Source: Alphaproteobacteria bacterium (GTDB lineage Bacteria; Pseudomonadota; Alphaproteobacteria; JAAXGF01). From it: 64,000 nucleotides of DNA. The stretch is taken from the NCBI GenBank assembly GCA_963555825.3, contig CAUVXB020000002.1, positions 1,792,001 through 1,856,000 on the forward strand, written 5' to 3'. Positions within the stretch are counted from its first letter, which is position 1. The number at the start of each line of letters is the position of its first letter. Positions 21,597-31,395 of the stretch are shown one piece after another. Position numbers and translations under genes: made by a program. The notes under the pieces are model-generated. The model saw only the letters and a program-made list of their open reading frames with translations, had not been told where the DNA came from and searched no databases.

Positions 21597-22004
21597 ATGG
21601 CGCCGAACGTCGGCGCCGCGCCGACCGCGGCAGATATCGAGGCGCTGGCTCGCACGGCGCTCGAGGACATCCCCGAGGACCTGCGCCGGCGCGTCCGGGG
21701 CATCGCGATCCTGGTCGAGGAGTTTCCCGACGCGGAGACCGAGCAAACCATGGGACTCGAGAGCCCGTTCGAGCTCCTGGGCCTCTACCACGGCGTCTCG
21801 CTCGACCACAAGAGCGTCAGCGACGCGCCCGAGGACGTCGACCGCGTCTTCCTCTACCGCCGGCCGCTGCTGGATTACTGGTGCGAGACCGGCGAGACGT
21901 TGGAGGCCATCGTGCGCAACACGCTGGTCCATGAGATCGGCCATCATTTCGGCCTCTCCGACGACGACATGGAAGCCCTGGAATCGGGCGATGACGACGG
22001 CTGA
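21597..22004 (+). CDS. Minimal zincin metallopeptidase family protein
   Basis: LLGLYHG...LYRRP...HEIGHHFG. Confidence 0.92.
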   Translation: MAPNVGAAPTAADIEALARTALEDIPEDLRRRVRGIAILVEEFPDAETEQTMGLESPFELLGLYHGVSLDHKSVSDAPEDVDRVFLYRRPLLDYWCETGETLEAIVRNTLVHEIGHHFGLSDDDMEALESGDDDG

Positions 22005-22923
22005 CGCGCCACCGGCCCACCGGCTCGTACCGATCCTATTTCTGCTCGGGCTCGGCACCATGTGGGGCGCCAGCTTCTCGCTCGCCAAGATCGCGACGAC
22101 GGCCGGCGCCCATCCGCTCGGCCTGCTGCTCTGGCAGGCGGCCGGCGCCGCCGTCATCGTGCTTTCGGTCGGCGTCGCGCGGCGGCGCCTGCGCGGGCTC
22201 GCACGCCGCAATCTGGGCTATTTCGTGACCTGCAGCCTGATGACCATCGTCGTGCCCTCCGGCGCGGTCTACTGGGCTTCGCCCAACCTGCCGGCCGGCG
22301 TGCTCGCGATGCTCGTCGCGACGGCGCCGATGATCACCTATGGCGTCGCGTTGCTGGCGCGGATGGAGGGTTTCCGATCGCTGCGCGTCGCCGGCATCGT
22401 GCTCGGCTTCGCCGCGGTCATCCTGATCGTCGGGCCGCGCGGCAGCCTGCCGTCGCCCGACATGGCGGTCTGGATCGCGCTCGGCATGGCGGCGCCGATC
22501 GGCTATGGCGTGAGCAACGTCTACATCGCCTATTTTCGCCCGCCGGCCGCCGATTCGATCGCGCTCGCCGCCGGCACGCTGACCACCACCGCGGCGCTCG
22601 TCGCCCCCGTCGTCGTCGCGACGGGCACCGGCTTCGGGGTCGGCCCGCCGTGGGACGCGGTCGATGTCGCGGTGCTCGCCTTGCCGACGATCACCGGGCT
22701 GGCGCGTGTCGTCCTGTTCGAGCTGATCCGCACCGCGGGCCCGGTATTCTTCTCGCTGGTCAACTATTTCACCACCGCGAGCGGCGTGGTTTGGGGCATG
22801 CTGTTGTTCGGCGAGCGACACAGCCCGTGGATCTGGGCGGCCCTGGCGCTGATGTTCGGCGCGCTCGCGCTGGTCAACGCCCGACCGGCCGCGCGCGCCA
22901 CCAACGATGGAAGAGGGCCATGA
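21991..22923 (+). CDS. DMT/EamA family transporter
   Basis: MWGASFSLAK...GPVFFSLVNY...LFGE; hydrophobic. Confidence 0.88.
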   Translation: MTTADAPPAHRLVPILFLLGLGTMWGASFSLAKIATTAGAHPLGLLLWQAAGAAVIVLSVGVARRRLRGLARRNLGYFVTCSLMTIVVPSGAVYWASPNLPAGVLAMLVATAPMITYGVALLARMEGFRSLRVAGIVLGFAAVILIVGPRGSLPSPDMAVWIALGMAAPIGYGVSNVYIAYFRPPAADSIALAAGTLTTTAALVAPVVVATGTGFGVGPPWDAVDVAVLALPTITGLARVVLFELIRTAGPVFFSLVNYFTTASGVVWGMLLFGERHSPWIWAALALMFGALALVNARPAARATNDGRGP

Positions 22924-23243
22924 TCCTCGAGGGAAAGACGGCCATCGTCACCGGCTCGTCGCGCGGCATCGGCCGGGCGATCGCGCTGCGCTTCGCGGCC
23001 GACGGCGCCAAGGTGACGGTCAACTGCGTCACCAATATGGACAAGGCCGAGACGGTGGCGGGCGATATCCGCGCCGCCGGCGGCGCGGCGATCGCCGTCC
23101 AGGCCGATGTCGGTGAGCGCGCCGACGCCGACCGCCTGGTCGCCGAAACCGACGCGGCGACGGCCTTCCTGGCGTCCGACTACGCCGCCTACATCACCGG
23201 CCAGGCGCGGCGCGTCAACGGCGGCATGTCGATGGGCGGCTAG
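22920..23243 (+). pseudogene. FabG-like SDR with in-frame internal deletion
   Basis: N-terminus (TGSSRGIG) joined directly to the C-terminus (FLASDYAAYITGQ...VNGG); NNAG and YxxxK are absent; only 107 aa. Confidence 0.8.
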
Positions 23244-23837
23244 GCGACGGGCCCGAGCGCTGCGGCGAAACGATCGGCGCCATCAAGCTGGCCAGGGAGT
23301 TCTATGGTTATGACACGACCGATGCCAAGGCCGTCGTGGACGATCTGGCCCGGCGCTAGGGCTTGTCTGCTCGCTGTTCTGGTCTGGGCGGTCCCAGCGC
23401 AAGGCGCCGGGCCGTGGCTCAGCTTCTCCGGCGAGGTGGCGCGCGGCGAGACCTTCCGGCATCGGCTCGATCAGGATTTCTGGTTCGAGTTGCAACCCGA
23501 TCCCCAGGGCTGGGGCTGGCACATCTGGATCGGCGACCCGCGGCAGCCCCACGACAACTACGCGGCCGTCGTGACACCGCCCTATCGCGGCGTCAACCAC
23601 ATGCAGCTTTTCGGCTGGCGTTTCCGCAACGCGGACAACAGTGGCGCCAACACGGCGGGTCCGAAGAACGTGAACGCGCCTCAGGAGCTGCGCGGCTTTC
23701 GTTTCGTGCTGAACGACCGAGATCACGACGACGCCATGGCTGCGCTGCGTCGGCTGCTGTGGGGCCCGGTCGAGAGCGACGATGTCGGTCTGCATTTGAG
23801 GGCTTGGCGGCGCGAGCTGGCGAAAGGCGAGGGCCGG

Positions 23838-24962
23838 CTAGTGTCCCGATTCCGAAGTTCGCATGATTTTCGCCTGCTGTTCAGCGATTTCGATTGTTCG
23901 GAGGCAGAAGCGCTGGATGGCGCCGAGGATGTCATCGGCGGATTTGGTCCATTTGAAGGGTTTGGGGTTCTGGTTTGTCGTGTCGATGTAGTCGAGGATG
24001 GTGCGCTCCAACTCCTTGGTGGAGCGATGGACGCCGCGCCTGATCTGCTTGTCGGTCAGCAGCCCGAACCAGCGCTCGACCTGGTTCAGCCAGGAGGCGC
24101 TGGTGGGTGTGAAATGGGCCTGCCAGCGCGGCCGTTTGGCGAACCAGTCGCGGATCGCCTTGGTCTTGTGGGTCCCGTAGTTGTCCATGACGATGTGGAT
24201 GTCGAGATCAGCAGGGACGTTCGCCTCGACGAGGTCGAGGAATTTGCGGAACTCTCGGGCCCGATGGCGCGGGAAACATTTGCCGATGATCTCTCCCGTG
24301 GCGATGTCGAGGGCCGCGAAGAGAGAGGTCGTGCCGTGGCGCTTGTAGTCGTGGCTGCGCCGCTCCGCCTGCCCGGGGCGCATCGGCAAGAGGGGCTGGG
24401 AACGGTCCAGGGCCTGGATCTGGCTCTTTTCGTCGACACAGAGAACCAGGGCACGATCCGGCGGCGCCAAATACAGACCGACGATGTCGCGGACCTTCTC
24501 CACGAAGAAGGGATCGCTCGACAGCTTGAAGGTCTCCGAGCGATGCGGCTGCAAGCCGAAGGCCCGCCAGATGCGATGAATGGTCGAGGGCGCGTGGCCG
24601 CTCGCCCGCGCCATCGAGCGAAGGCTCCAATGGGTCGCGTCCGGCGGCGTCTCTTCCAGCGTCAGCCGGACCGCTTCCGCGATGGCGTCATCGCCGATTT
24701 GACGCGGCGCGCCGGGGCGGGGTTCGTCGTACAGACCGTCGAGGCCCTCCGCCGCATAGCGGCGACGCCACTTGCCCACGGTGTCCGCGCTCGCCTCGAG
24801 ACGAACGGCGATCTCCTTGTTCTCCAACCCTTCCGCCGCCGCCAAGACGATCCGAGCCCGCCGCGCAAGCCCCTGCGACGTCTTGCGACGACGAGACAGC
24901 GCCTCCAATTCGGCGCGCTCGTCATCGCTCAAAGAGATCGTCACCGCCACTCTCGCCATCAA
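23838..24962 (-). CDS. IS630-family transposase
   Basis: [39 protein letters not shown]. Confidence 0.95.
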   Translation of the reverse strand: MMARVAVTISLSDDERAELEALSRRRKTSQGLARRARIVLAAAEGLENKEIAVRLEASADTVGKWRRRYAAEGLDGLYDEPRPGAPRQIGDDAIAEAVRLTLEETPPDATHWSLRSMARASGHAPSTIHRIWRAFGLQPHRSETFKLSSDPFFVEKVRDIVGLYLAPPDRALVLCVDEKSQIQALDRSQPLLPMRPGQAERRSHDYKRHGTTSLFAALDIATGEIIGKCFPRHRAREFRKFLDLVEANVPADLDIHIVMDNYGTHKTKAIRDWFAKRPRWQAHFTPTSASWLNQVERWFGLLTDKQIRRGVHRSTKELERTILDYIDTTNQNPKPFKWTKSADDILGAIQRFCLRTIEIAEQQAKIMRTSESGH

Positions 24963-25019
24963 TCGCGCCTCCTAAAAACAAATAGAGACATAATCATATC
25001 AATTTATCGATCAGGACAC
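23841..25019 (-). mobile_element. IS630-family element copy 1 (1179 bp)
   Basis: TA-GTGTCC...GGACAC-TA, inserted in CTAG. Confidence 0.93.
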
Positions 25020-25218
25020 TAGAGATTACGGACATTACCCTCGGCAACCTGGTGACCGGCGAGACCGCCCGTTTCCGGCGCATCGCCTTCACGGTGCGTC
25101 TGGCGCGCTGAGCCGTCCCCGCTTGCCAGAGCCCGGCGACGATGATTGTGGGGACGTGATACTTAATTCCAACTCTACCAAATATACTGCCACCATATAA
25201 TTAAGCGGGCTGTCCTAG

Positions 25219-25881
25219 CTAAGGGCGTTTCTGTCTCAAAATAATCCATGTCTTCAATTGGTTAAGCAGTTCTCGGTGGTCACCTCCGTTGAACCGCCAT
25301 TCGCACTCCTTGAGGAACAGGTGAAAGCTCTGTTTCGGGACGCCATTGAAGCGCCGTAAATGCCGCTTCGCCTGGTTCCAGAAGTTCTCGATCCCGTTGA
25401 TATGGCTCCGCTCGTCGACGAACCGCTCCGAGTGATTGATCCGAACATGGTGGAAGTCCGAAACGTCCAGGGCATCATAGCTCGAAAAGCCGTCCGTATA
25501 GACGATGCTGTCAGGCCGGATCATACGCTCCATAATCGGCATCAACGTGGCAGTCCGGGCATTGGGAATCATCGCCGTGTAGACCTTCCCACCTCGCTTC
25601 AAAAGCCCGAAAACCGGGACTTTTCCGCCAGCGCCTCGACCCCGCTTGCCTTTGCGGCGGCCGCCAAAATAACTCTCATCAACCTCGATCTCTCCGGCAA
25701 AAGGCGAGGCCTTCTCCATTTCCTCGGCAATCACCTTGCGAAGCCGAGTATAAAACGAGGCCGCCGTGTTCCGGTGGACGCCAACCAGTTCGGCTGCTGC
25801 CCGAGCCGTCGTACCCGCAACGAAGTGCTCAATCAGACGACCGCGCTTCCAATCACTGAGCCGGCTTTTCCTCTCGTACAT
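25219..25881 (-). CDS. IS1595/IS1016-family transposase
   Basis: EIEVDESYFGG, GKRGRGA, VYTDG, HINGIENFW, KECEWRFN. Confidence 0.95.
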   Translation of the reverse strand: MYERKSRLSDWKRGRLIEHFVAGTTARAAAELVGVHRNTAASFYTRLRKVIAEEMEKASPFAGEIEVDESYFGGRRKGKRGRGAGGKVPVFGLLKRGGKVYTAMIPNARTATLMPIMERMIRPDSIVYTDGFSSYDALDVSDFHHVRINHSERFVDERSHINGIENFWNQAKRHLRRFNGVPKQSFHLFLKECEWRFNGGDHRELLNQLKTWIILRQKRP

Positions 25882-25915
25882 CCCGCCATCCTAGCCTAAG
25901 CATGCCGCTTAGCTA

Positions 25916-27094
25916 GTGTCCTGATCGATAAATTGATATGATTATGTCTCTATTTGTTTTTAGGAGGCGCGATTGATGGCGAGAGTGGCGGTGACGATCT
26001 CTTTGAGCGATGACGAGCGCGCCGAATTGGAGGCGCTGTCTCGTCGTCGCAAGACGTCGCAGGGGCTTGCGCGGCGGGCTCGGATCGTCTTGGCGGCGGC
26101 GGAAGGGTTGGAGAACAAGGAGATCGCCGTTCGTCTCGAGGCGAGCGCGGACACCGTGGGCAAGTGGCGTCGCCGCTATGCGGCGGAGGGCCTCGACGGT
26201 CTGTACGACGAACCCCGCCCCGGCGCGCCGCGTCAAATCGGCGATGACGCCATCGCGGAAGCGGTCCGGCTGACGCTGGAAGAGACGCCGCCGGACGCGA
26301 CCCATTGGAGCCTTCGCTCGATGGCGCGGGCGAGCGGCCACGCGCCCTCGACCATTCATCGCATCTGGCGGGCCTTCGGCTTGCAGCCGCATCGCTCGGA
26401 GACCTTCAAGCTGTCGAGCGATCCCTTCTTCGTGGAGAAGGTCCGCGACATCGTCGGTCTGTATTTGGCGCCGCCGGATCGTGCCCTGGTTCTCTGTGTC
26501 GACGAAAAGAGCCAGATCCAGGCCCTGGACCGTTCCCAGCCCCTCTTGCCGATGCGCCCCGGGCAGGCGGAGCGGCGCAGCCACGACTACAAGCGCCACG
26601 GCACGACCTCTCTCTTCGCGGCCCTCGACATCGCCACGGGAGAGATCATCGGCAAATGTTTCCCGCGCCATCGGGCCCGAGAGTTCCGCAAATTCCTCGA
26701 CCTCGTCGAGGCGAACGTCCCTGCTGATCTCGACATCCACATCGTCATGGACAACTACGGGACCCACAAGACCAAGGCGATCCGCGACTGGTTCGCCAAA
26801 CGGCCGCGCTGGCAGGCCCATTTCACACCCACCAGCGCCTCCTGGCTGAACCAGGTCGAGCGCTGGTTCGGGCTGCTGACCGACAAGCAGATCAGGCGCG
26901 GCGTCCATCGCTCCACCAAGGAGTTGGAGCGCACCATCCTCGACTACATCGACACGACAAACCAGAACCCCAAACCCTTCAAATGGACCAAATCCGCCGA
27001 TGACATCCTCGGCGCCATCCAGCGCTTCTGCCTCCGAACAATCGAAATCGCTGAACAGCAGGCGAAAATCATGCGAACTTCGGAATCGGGACAC
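25916..27094 (+). mobile_element. IS630-family element copy 2 (1179 bp)
   Basis: Same ends and same protein as copy 1; inserted in the CTAG of the IS1595 IR. Confidence 0.93.
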
Positions 27095-27097
27095 TAG
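25973..27097 (+). CDS. IS630-family transposase
   Basis: Identical 374-aa protein to copy 1. Confidence 0.95.
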   Translation: MMARVAVTISLSDDERAELEALSRRRKTSQGLARRARIVLAAAEGLENKEIAVRLEASADTVGKWRRRYAAEGLDGLYDEPRPGAPRQIGDDAIAEAVRLTLEETPPDATHWSLRSMARASGHAPSTIHRIWRAFGLQPHRSETFKLSSDPFFVEKVRDIVGLYLAPPDRALVLCVDEKSQIQALDRSQPLLPMRPGQAERRSHDYKRHGTTSLFAALDIATGEIIGKCFPRHRAREFRKFLDLVEANVPADLDIHIVMDNYGTHKTKAIRDWFAKRPRWQAHFTPTSASWLNQVERWFGLLTDKQIRRGVHRSTKELERTILDYIDTTNQNPKPFKWTKSADDILGAIQRFCLRTIEIAEQQAKIMRTSESGH

Positions 27098-27131
27098 GAC
27101 AGCCCCTAATTAAGTATCACGTCCACGTAAT

Positions 27132-27209
27132 TCCAAGGTCGCGCCCACGGGCATGATCTTCGTGCCCTGTAAGGACGGCACCAGCCACAACGAGATCGAA
27201 AACGCCGAT
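27132..27209 (+). pseudogene. Relic C-terminal fragment of an M20 Zn-hydrolase (allantoate amidohydrolase/ureidopropionase family)
   Basis: Translates SKVAPTGMIFVPCKDGTSHNEIENAD, matching the family's PTxMIFVPC..G.SHN..E motif. Confidence 0.7.
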
Positions 27210-27304
27210 GGAAACACACTCTTTATTTATATTTTTTTATAATTAATCTACTAATGATAGCTCACTCCTGATATGCTGCGCTGAATTTGCGGAAGGAGGG
27301 AAAC

Positions 27305-27700
27305 ATGCTTCGCACATATCTCGTCGCTGGGGCGATGCTGATCGTCAGCATCGTTTACGGCGGGCCCGCCGTGGCGCAGCAACTGACGGTCGGTACTACG
27401 TACACTTGGGTCAACGAACTCGGCTCGACAATGACGACGTCGTGGGGCGCGGACGGCCTGATAACCGGAACATATGTGAGCCTCGTGGGATGCGGCGCGG
27501 GCACGGCCAGGCCGCTGACCGGCTGGTGGAACAACGCCGCCGTGACATTCACCGTGAATTGGCAGGAATGCAAATCGCTCACGTCATGGACGGGAAACTA
27601 CGGCGCTGGAAAGATTACTACGCTGTGGCTATTAACGCTGTCCGGCCCCCCGCAGTGGAATTCGATCAACGCCGGAGCCGATACGTTCACGCTGCAGTAG
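27305..27700 (+). CDS. Avidin/streptavidin-family secreted biotin-binding protein
   Basis: Signal peptide; WVNELGS, GTYVS, FTVNW, SLTSWTG, TLWLL, WNSINAGADTF; AAGGAGG RBS. Confidence 0.9.
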   Translation: MLRTYLVAGAMLIVSIVYGGPAVAQQLTVGTTYTWVNELGSTMTTSWGADGLITGTYVSLVGCGAGTARPLTGWWNNAAVTFTVNWQECKSLTSWTGNYGAGKITTLWLLTLSGPPQWNSINAGADTFTLQ

Positions 27701-27758
27701 CGATTAATTAAGCGGACGTGATCACTACCGCGCGTCGTCGTCGGCATGTCGGGGGCAG

Positions 27759-28805
27759 TCAGGGGACGGGTTCGGGCGGCGCGCCGAGAGCGGCGCGGAC
27801 TTGGTTCTGGAACAGAACCACGTTGCTTTCCTGCGCCGGCGACAGGCGGCCGGCGGTGTAGACGCCGACCGCAAGGTTGCGCTGCACGGTCTCGCAGATG
27901 CCCATGTCCTCCTCGACGATCTCGCGCGCCCAGGCGAAGGCGGCGTCGCGCTCGGCCGCGGCAACGTCGGCAAACCACATCCAGTTGAGCGATTTGAGGC
28001 GGCCCGGGCCGTCGGGTTCGATGCGCTCGGCCTTGAAGGCGCGTGCGCTGGCGGTCACCTGGAAGCCCGGGAAGCGGTAGAACCAGAGCCCGTCGTCGCC
28101 GCGCAACCGGGCGCCGTCGGCGGCGCCGGCATACGGCACATGGAAGGCGATCGTCCGACCGTCGTCGTAGGGCCTGATCTCGACCGCGTCGCCGACGACC
28201 GCCGCGGCCAGGCGCTCGTGCACGGTCGGCAGGTGGTAGCCCTCGACGGTGTTGTCGCAATAGGTCTTCCAGTTGGCGGCGCCGGTGACGGTGAAGTCGC
28301 CGCCAAAGGTCAGCTCGGGCGGGCCGGGGTACGTTTTGCAGAGGTCCGGGATCGTGCCCAGCCAGGTGGCGAGATCGGGCGCGCCCTCATCGACGCAGAC
28401 GAAGACCAGGCCGCGCCAGGTCTCGACGCGCAGCGCAAACAGGCCGTATTCGGCACGGTCGAAGCCGGGGTCGTCGCCGAAGTCCGGCGCGACCTTGAGC
28501 CGGCCGGCGAGGTCGTAGGTCCAGCGGTGATAGGGGCAGCGCAGCATGTTGCAGCGGCCCTGGCCGTCGGCGAGCAGGGCGGCGGCGCGGTGCCGGCAGA
28601 CGTTGTGGAAGCCGCGCAGCACGCCGTCCTTGCCGCGGATGACGAAGACCGGCCAGCCGTTGACGCGCTCGGCGCGCCAGTCGCCGGTCGCGGCGAATTC
28701 GGCCTCGGGCGCGAACAGGCACCAGTTGGGCGCGAAGATGGCGCCGCGCTCGCGGGCGTGGACCGCGTCGTCGACGTACCAATCGGCGGGCAGGGTTTCG
28801 GGCAT
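27759..28805 (-). CDS. Rieske non-heme iron oxygenase alpha subunit (choline monooxygenase-like)
   Basis: NVCRHR...CPYHRW Rieske motif; NWK...DNTVEGYHLPTVH; EEDMGICE. Confidence 0.9.
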   Translation of the reverse strand: MPETLPADWYVDDAVHARERGAIFAPNWCLFAPEAEFAATGDWRAERVNGWPVFVIRGKDGVLRGFHNVCRHRAAALLADGQGRCNMLRCPYHRWTYDLAGRLKVAPDFGDDPGFDRAEYGLFALRVETWRGLVFVCVDEGAPDLATWLGTIPDLCKTYPGPPELTFGGDFTVTGAANWKTYCDNTVEGYHLPTVHERLAAAVVGDAVEIRPYDDGRTIAFHVPYAGAADGARLRGDDGLWFYRFPGFQVTASARAFKAERIEPDGPGRLKSLNWMWFADVAAAERDAAFAWAREIVEEDMGICETVQRNLAVGVYTAGRLSPAQESNVVLFQNQVRAALGAPPEPVP

Positions 28806-30307
28806 TAGTCAATGCCGGCGCGGCGGCGCACGGCGGTCAGGCCTTGCGAGCGGTCGTAGGCCCGGTAGAGCTGCTCGCGCAGGCCGACCGCGGGCGTTGC
28901 GTTGATGTTCTCGAACAGCGCGATGCGCATCGCCGCCGGGCTGCAGGTCATGTCCCAGATCAGGTTGAACAGGCGGTTCTTGTCGCGCGCGCCGATCTCG
29001 TGGCCGGGCAGGTAATCGTCCAAGAGCGGGCCGATGTCGGGCCGCTCCCAGCTCGCCTTCGGCACGCGTGAGATCAGCCCCTGGCCCGACAGCTCGCGCA
29101 GCAGCTGCATGATCTTCGGGTAGGCGGTGATGGCGCCGAGCCGCCCGGCGGTGACGTATTCGACATTGGGCAGCATGACGCCGCTCTCGGTCGGCTGGGC
29201 GGTCTCGACGGCGGCGGTGACCATGCCCTTGAGCGTCGCCGCATAGGCCAGCACCTCGGCGACGAGATGGCGGACGGCGGCGATGTGGTCGGTGCCCAGC
29301 GCGTCGACGATGGCCTGGGCCGCGCCGGCGAAGAGCTCGGCGCGGAACGCCATGCGCGTGAGGATCTTCCAGAAGGCGAACTGGCCAAGGACGTAGTAGA
29401 TATCACCCAAGACCGGGTTCTTGTAGCTGAAGACGTACTCCCACGGGATGAAGACGTTGTCGAACAGCGTGAGGCTGTCGTTCTCCTCGCCGCCGACGTC
29501 GAGCGGGTGGTCCTCGGCGTCCTCGCTGCCGTCGGTCAGCGCCTCGCGCGAGACCAGCGTCAGGCCCGGCGCGTTGACCGGCAGCGCCGACCACAGCATG
29601 CATTCGGCGGGCATGGTCGGGTTGGGCGGCGGCATCGAGATGGTGCCGATGTTGCCCTGCGCCATCACCGTGTTGCCCGCCTTGGCGCCCGCGACGACGA
29701 CGCCGTCGGCGCGTTCCTCGACGACGCGCAGCCGGCCGGCCTGCTCGGGCATCGGCGTCTTGCGGTTGGCCTGGACGTCGATGATGATGTCGCCCGAGAT
29801 CAGGTTATTGCGCTGGCCGGTGCGCAGGAAGTGGATGATCTTGTCCTGCGCCTCGGGTTCGGCGCGCTTTATGATGTGGTGGAATGCCATGAATCCGATC
29901 GCCTTGACCGGACCGTAATCGGGCGGCCGTCCGAACTCGCCGAAGGTGCGGAAGGTCGAGAACCTGACCATCTCGACGTGGCGCCACAGATCGTCGCGCG
30001 AATAGGGCACCAACCAGCCGGTCGCGATGCGCTCGCCGGTTTCGGCGTCGATCGAGGTCGTGACCTCGGCGTGCTTGGGGTCGAGCTGCGCATCGAACAG
30101 CCCGGCCAGCGTGTCGATGCCGCGCGCCAGCGTCGGCTCCGCGGTGACGTCGTCGACCGCGCGGCCGTCGACGATGACGCGGCGGCCGTCGCGCAAGCTC
30201 TCCTTGAACTGGGCGCCCGAGCGCAGGTTGGGATGATCGGGCGCGTGGTCGACCGGCTTGCCGACCAAGAAGTCGCCCGCGCCGCTCACGGCACGCGCAT
30301 CACTCAC
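28805..30307 (-). CDS. 4-hydroxyphenylacetate 3-hydroxylase-family flavin monooxygenase (HpaB-like)
   Basis: ESLRDGRRV, FGRPPDY, RVVEERADGVVVAGAK, FDNVFIPWE; GTG start coupled to the upstream stop. Confidence 0.85.
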   Translation of the reverse strand: MSDARAVSGAGDFLVGKPVDHAPDHPNLRSGAQFKESLRDGRRVIVDGRAVDDVTAEPTLARGIDTLAGLFDAQLDPKHAEVTTSIDAETGERIATGWLVPYSRDDLWRHVEMVRFSTFRTFGEFGRPPDYGPVKAIGFMAFHHIIKRAEPEAQDKIIHFLRTGQRNNLISGDIIIDVQANRKTPMPEQAGRLRVVEERADGVVVAGAKAGNTVMAQGNIGTISMPPPNPTMPAECMLWSALPVNAPGLTLVSREALTDGSEDAEDHPLDVGGEENDSLTLFDNVFIPWEYVFSYKNPVLGDIYYVLGQFAFWKILTRMAFRAELFAGAAQAIVDALGTDHIAAVRHLVAEVLAYAATLKGMVTAAVETAQPTESGVMLPNVEYVTAGRLGAITAYPKIMQLLRELSGQGLISRVPKASWERPDIGPLLDDYLPGHEIGARDKNRLFNLIWDMTCSPAAMRIALFENINATPAVGLREQLYRAYDRSQGLTAVRRRAGID

Positions 30308-31221
30308 GGCACGCGCTCCGGCGCGACCGCGCCGAGCTCGGGGATCGGCCCGTCGTAATAGGGCAGCCGGTCGACGCGCGGCGACCAGGTGCCGTCGGCG
30401 ATCACCTTGCGGACATGGGCGGCGATCTCCTCGAGCGTGGCGAACCACACGCCGCCCTTCTCGTGCATGTACTCGATCAGCCCCTCGGTGGCGCGCCAGC
30501 GCGCCAGCTGGCCCGACAGGAAGGGGTGCCAGACGGCGATCCACAACCCGCCGTACTGCCACATCGCGTCGAACTCTTCGCGGTAGACCTCGGTCGCGAG
30601 GCGCGCCGGCTTGATCGACATCATGTAGCCGAAATCGCGCGACGCCTGGTAGTGCGGCCAGTCGTCGAGCACGTAGTGGCCAGGCAGCTCGACCACGGTC
30701 GCCGCGCCATTGTCCAAGAGATAGGGGATGTCGTCGCCCATCAGCGAGGCGTCGTAGTCGATGTCCTCGGCGACGAGCAGGTCGAGCGTGTGGCGCGAAA
30801 AACGGTAGCTCGGTGCGCGGAAGCCGCGCGGTCGCCGGCCGGTCATCTTGACGATGACCTCGATCGAGCGCGTCAGCCAGTCGTGCTCCTCGTCGCGCTC
30901 CATCGCGTTAGGGTGCTCGTGCAGATAGCCGTGGTGGGCGACCTCGTGGCCGCCTTCGAGCACCGCCTCGACCGCCGCCGGGTAGCGCTCCATGCACCAG
31001 GCGGGCAGGAAGAAGGTCTGGTGCATGCCGAACTTGGCGTAAGTGTCGACGATGCGCGGCACGGCGATCTCGGGGCCGTAGCGCAGCATCGAGAGCGCCG
31101 CGACGCGGCTGTCGGCGCTGGCGTGATGCGCCAGATGCAGGATGCTGTCGGCATCCATGTCGAAGGTGAAGGCAACGGCGCAGCGCAAGCCGTCGGGCCA
31201 CGGTAACGGGTTCTTGATCAC
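30304..31221 (-). CDS. Polysaccharide deacetylase family (PuuE-like) protein
   Basis: AFTFDMDAD, GHEVAHHGYLHE, GFRAPSY, YDASLMGDD, WHPF. Confidence 0.9.
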   Translation of the reverse strand: MIKNPLPWPDGLRCAVAFTFDMDADSILHLAHHASADSRVAALSMLRYGPEIAVPRIVDTYAKFGMHQTFFLPAWCMERYPAAVEAVLEGGHEVAHHGYLHEHPNAMERDEEHDWLTRSIEVIVKMTGRRPRGFRAPSYRFSRHTLDLLVAEDIDYDASLMGDDIPYLLDNGAATVVELPGHYVLDDWPHYQASRDFGYMMSIKPARLATEVYREEFDAMWQYGGLWIAVWHPFLSGQLARWRATEGLIEYMHEKGGVWFATLEEIAAHVRKVIADGTWSPRVDRLPYYDGPIPELGAVAPERVP

Positions 31222-31308
31222 GGCGTCCTCCCCTGCGCGCGCGGGCCACGCGCCAACCATGACCGCCCCGCTGCGCCGCGGCAACCCTTCCCTCAACAAC
31301 AAACATAT

Positions 31309-31375
31309 TTAATGGGGTCAGACTCCTTTATAATTAAATGTATCAATTGATAATAAAGGAGTCTGACCCCATTAA
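31309..31375. repeat. GGGGTCAGACTCC inverted repeat with AT-rich spacer
   Basis: TTAATGGGGTCAGACTCCTTTA...TAAAGGAGTCTGACCCCATTAA. Confidence 0.88.
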
Positions 31376-31395
31376 TCGTTGGTTGGCGGGATGGC

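Larger units (their letters stand above)
23304..25111 (+). pseudogene. Secreted hypothetical protein interrupted by IS630
   Basis: Signal-peptide-like N-terminus; frame resumes after the IS (GEGRL|EITDITLGNLVTGETARFRRIAFTVRLAR*). Confidence 0.75.
25206..27106 (-). mobile_element. IS1595-family (IS1016 group) element, one IR interrupted by IS630
   Basis: IRs (C/G)GGGCTGTCCTAGCTAAG. 8-bp TSD TAATTAAG at 25198-25205 and 27107-27114; about 720 bp without the insert. Confidence 0.9.
25152..27124. repeat. GGACGTGATACTTAATT inverted repeat (about 64 bp when empty), interrupted by IS1595
   Basis: GGACGTGATACTTAATT (25152) pairs with AATTAAGTATCACGTCC (to 27124) once the IS is removed; a related half-site lies at 27703-27726. 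Confidence 0.75.

Noticed and set aside
23304-25022. 572-aa ORF (and 393-aa ORF at 25913..27094)
   Set aside because: These are the antisense shadow frame of IS630, fused by chance to the interrupted gene; the insert length (1181 bp) does not restore the frame.
23841-27094. Two inverted IS630 copies as a composite transposon or inversion
   Set aside because: Each copy has its own CTAG target and both interrupted sequences rejoin correctly, so they are independent insertions.
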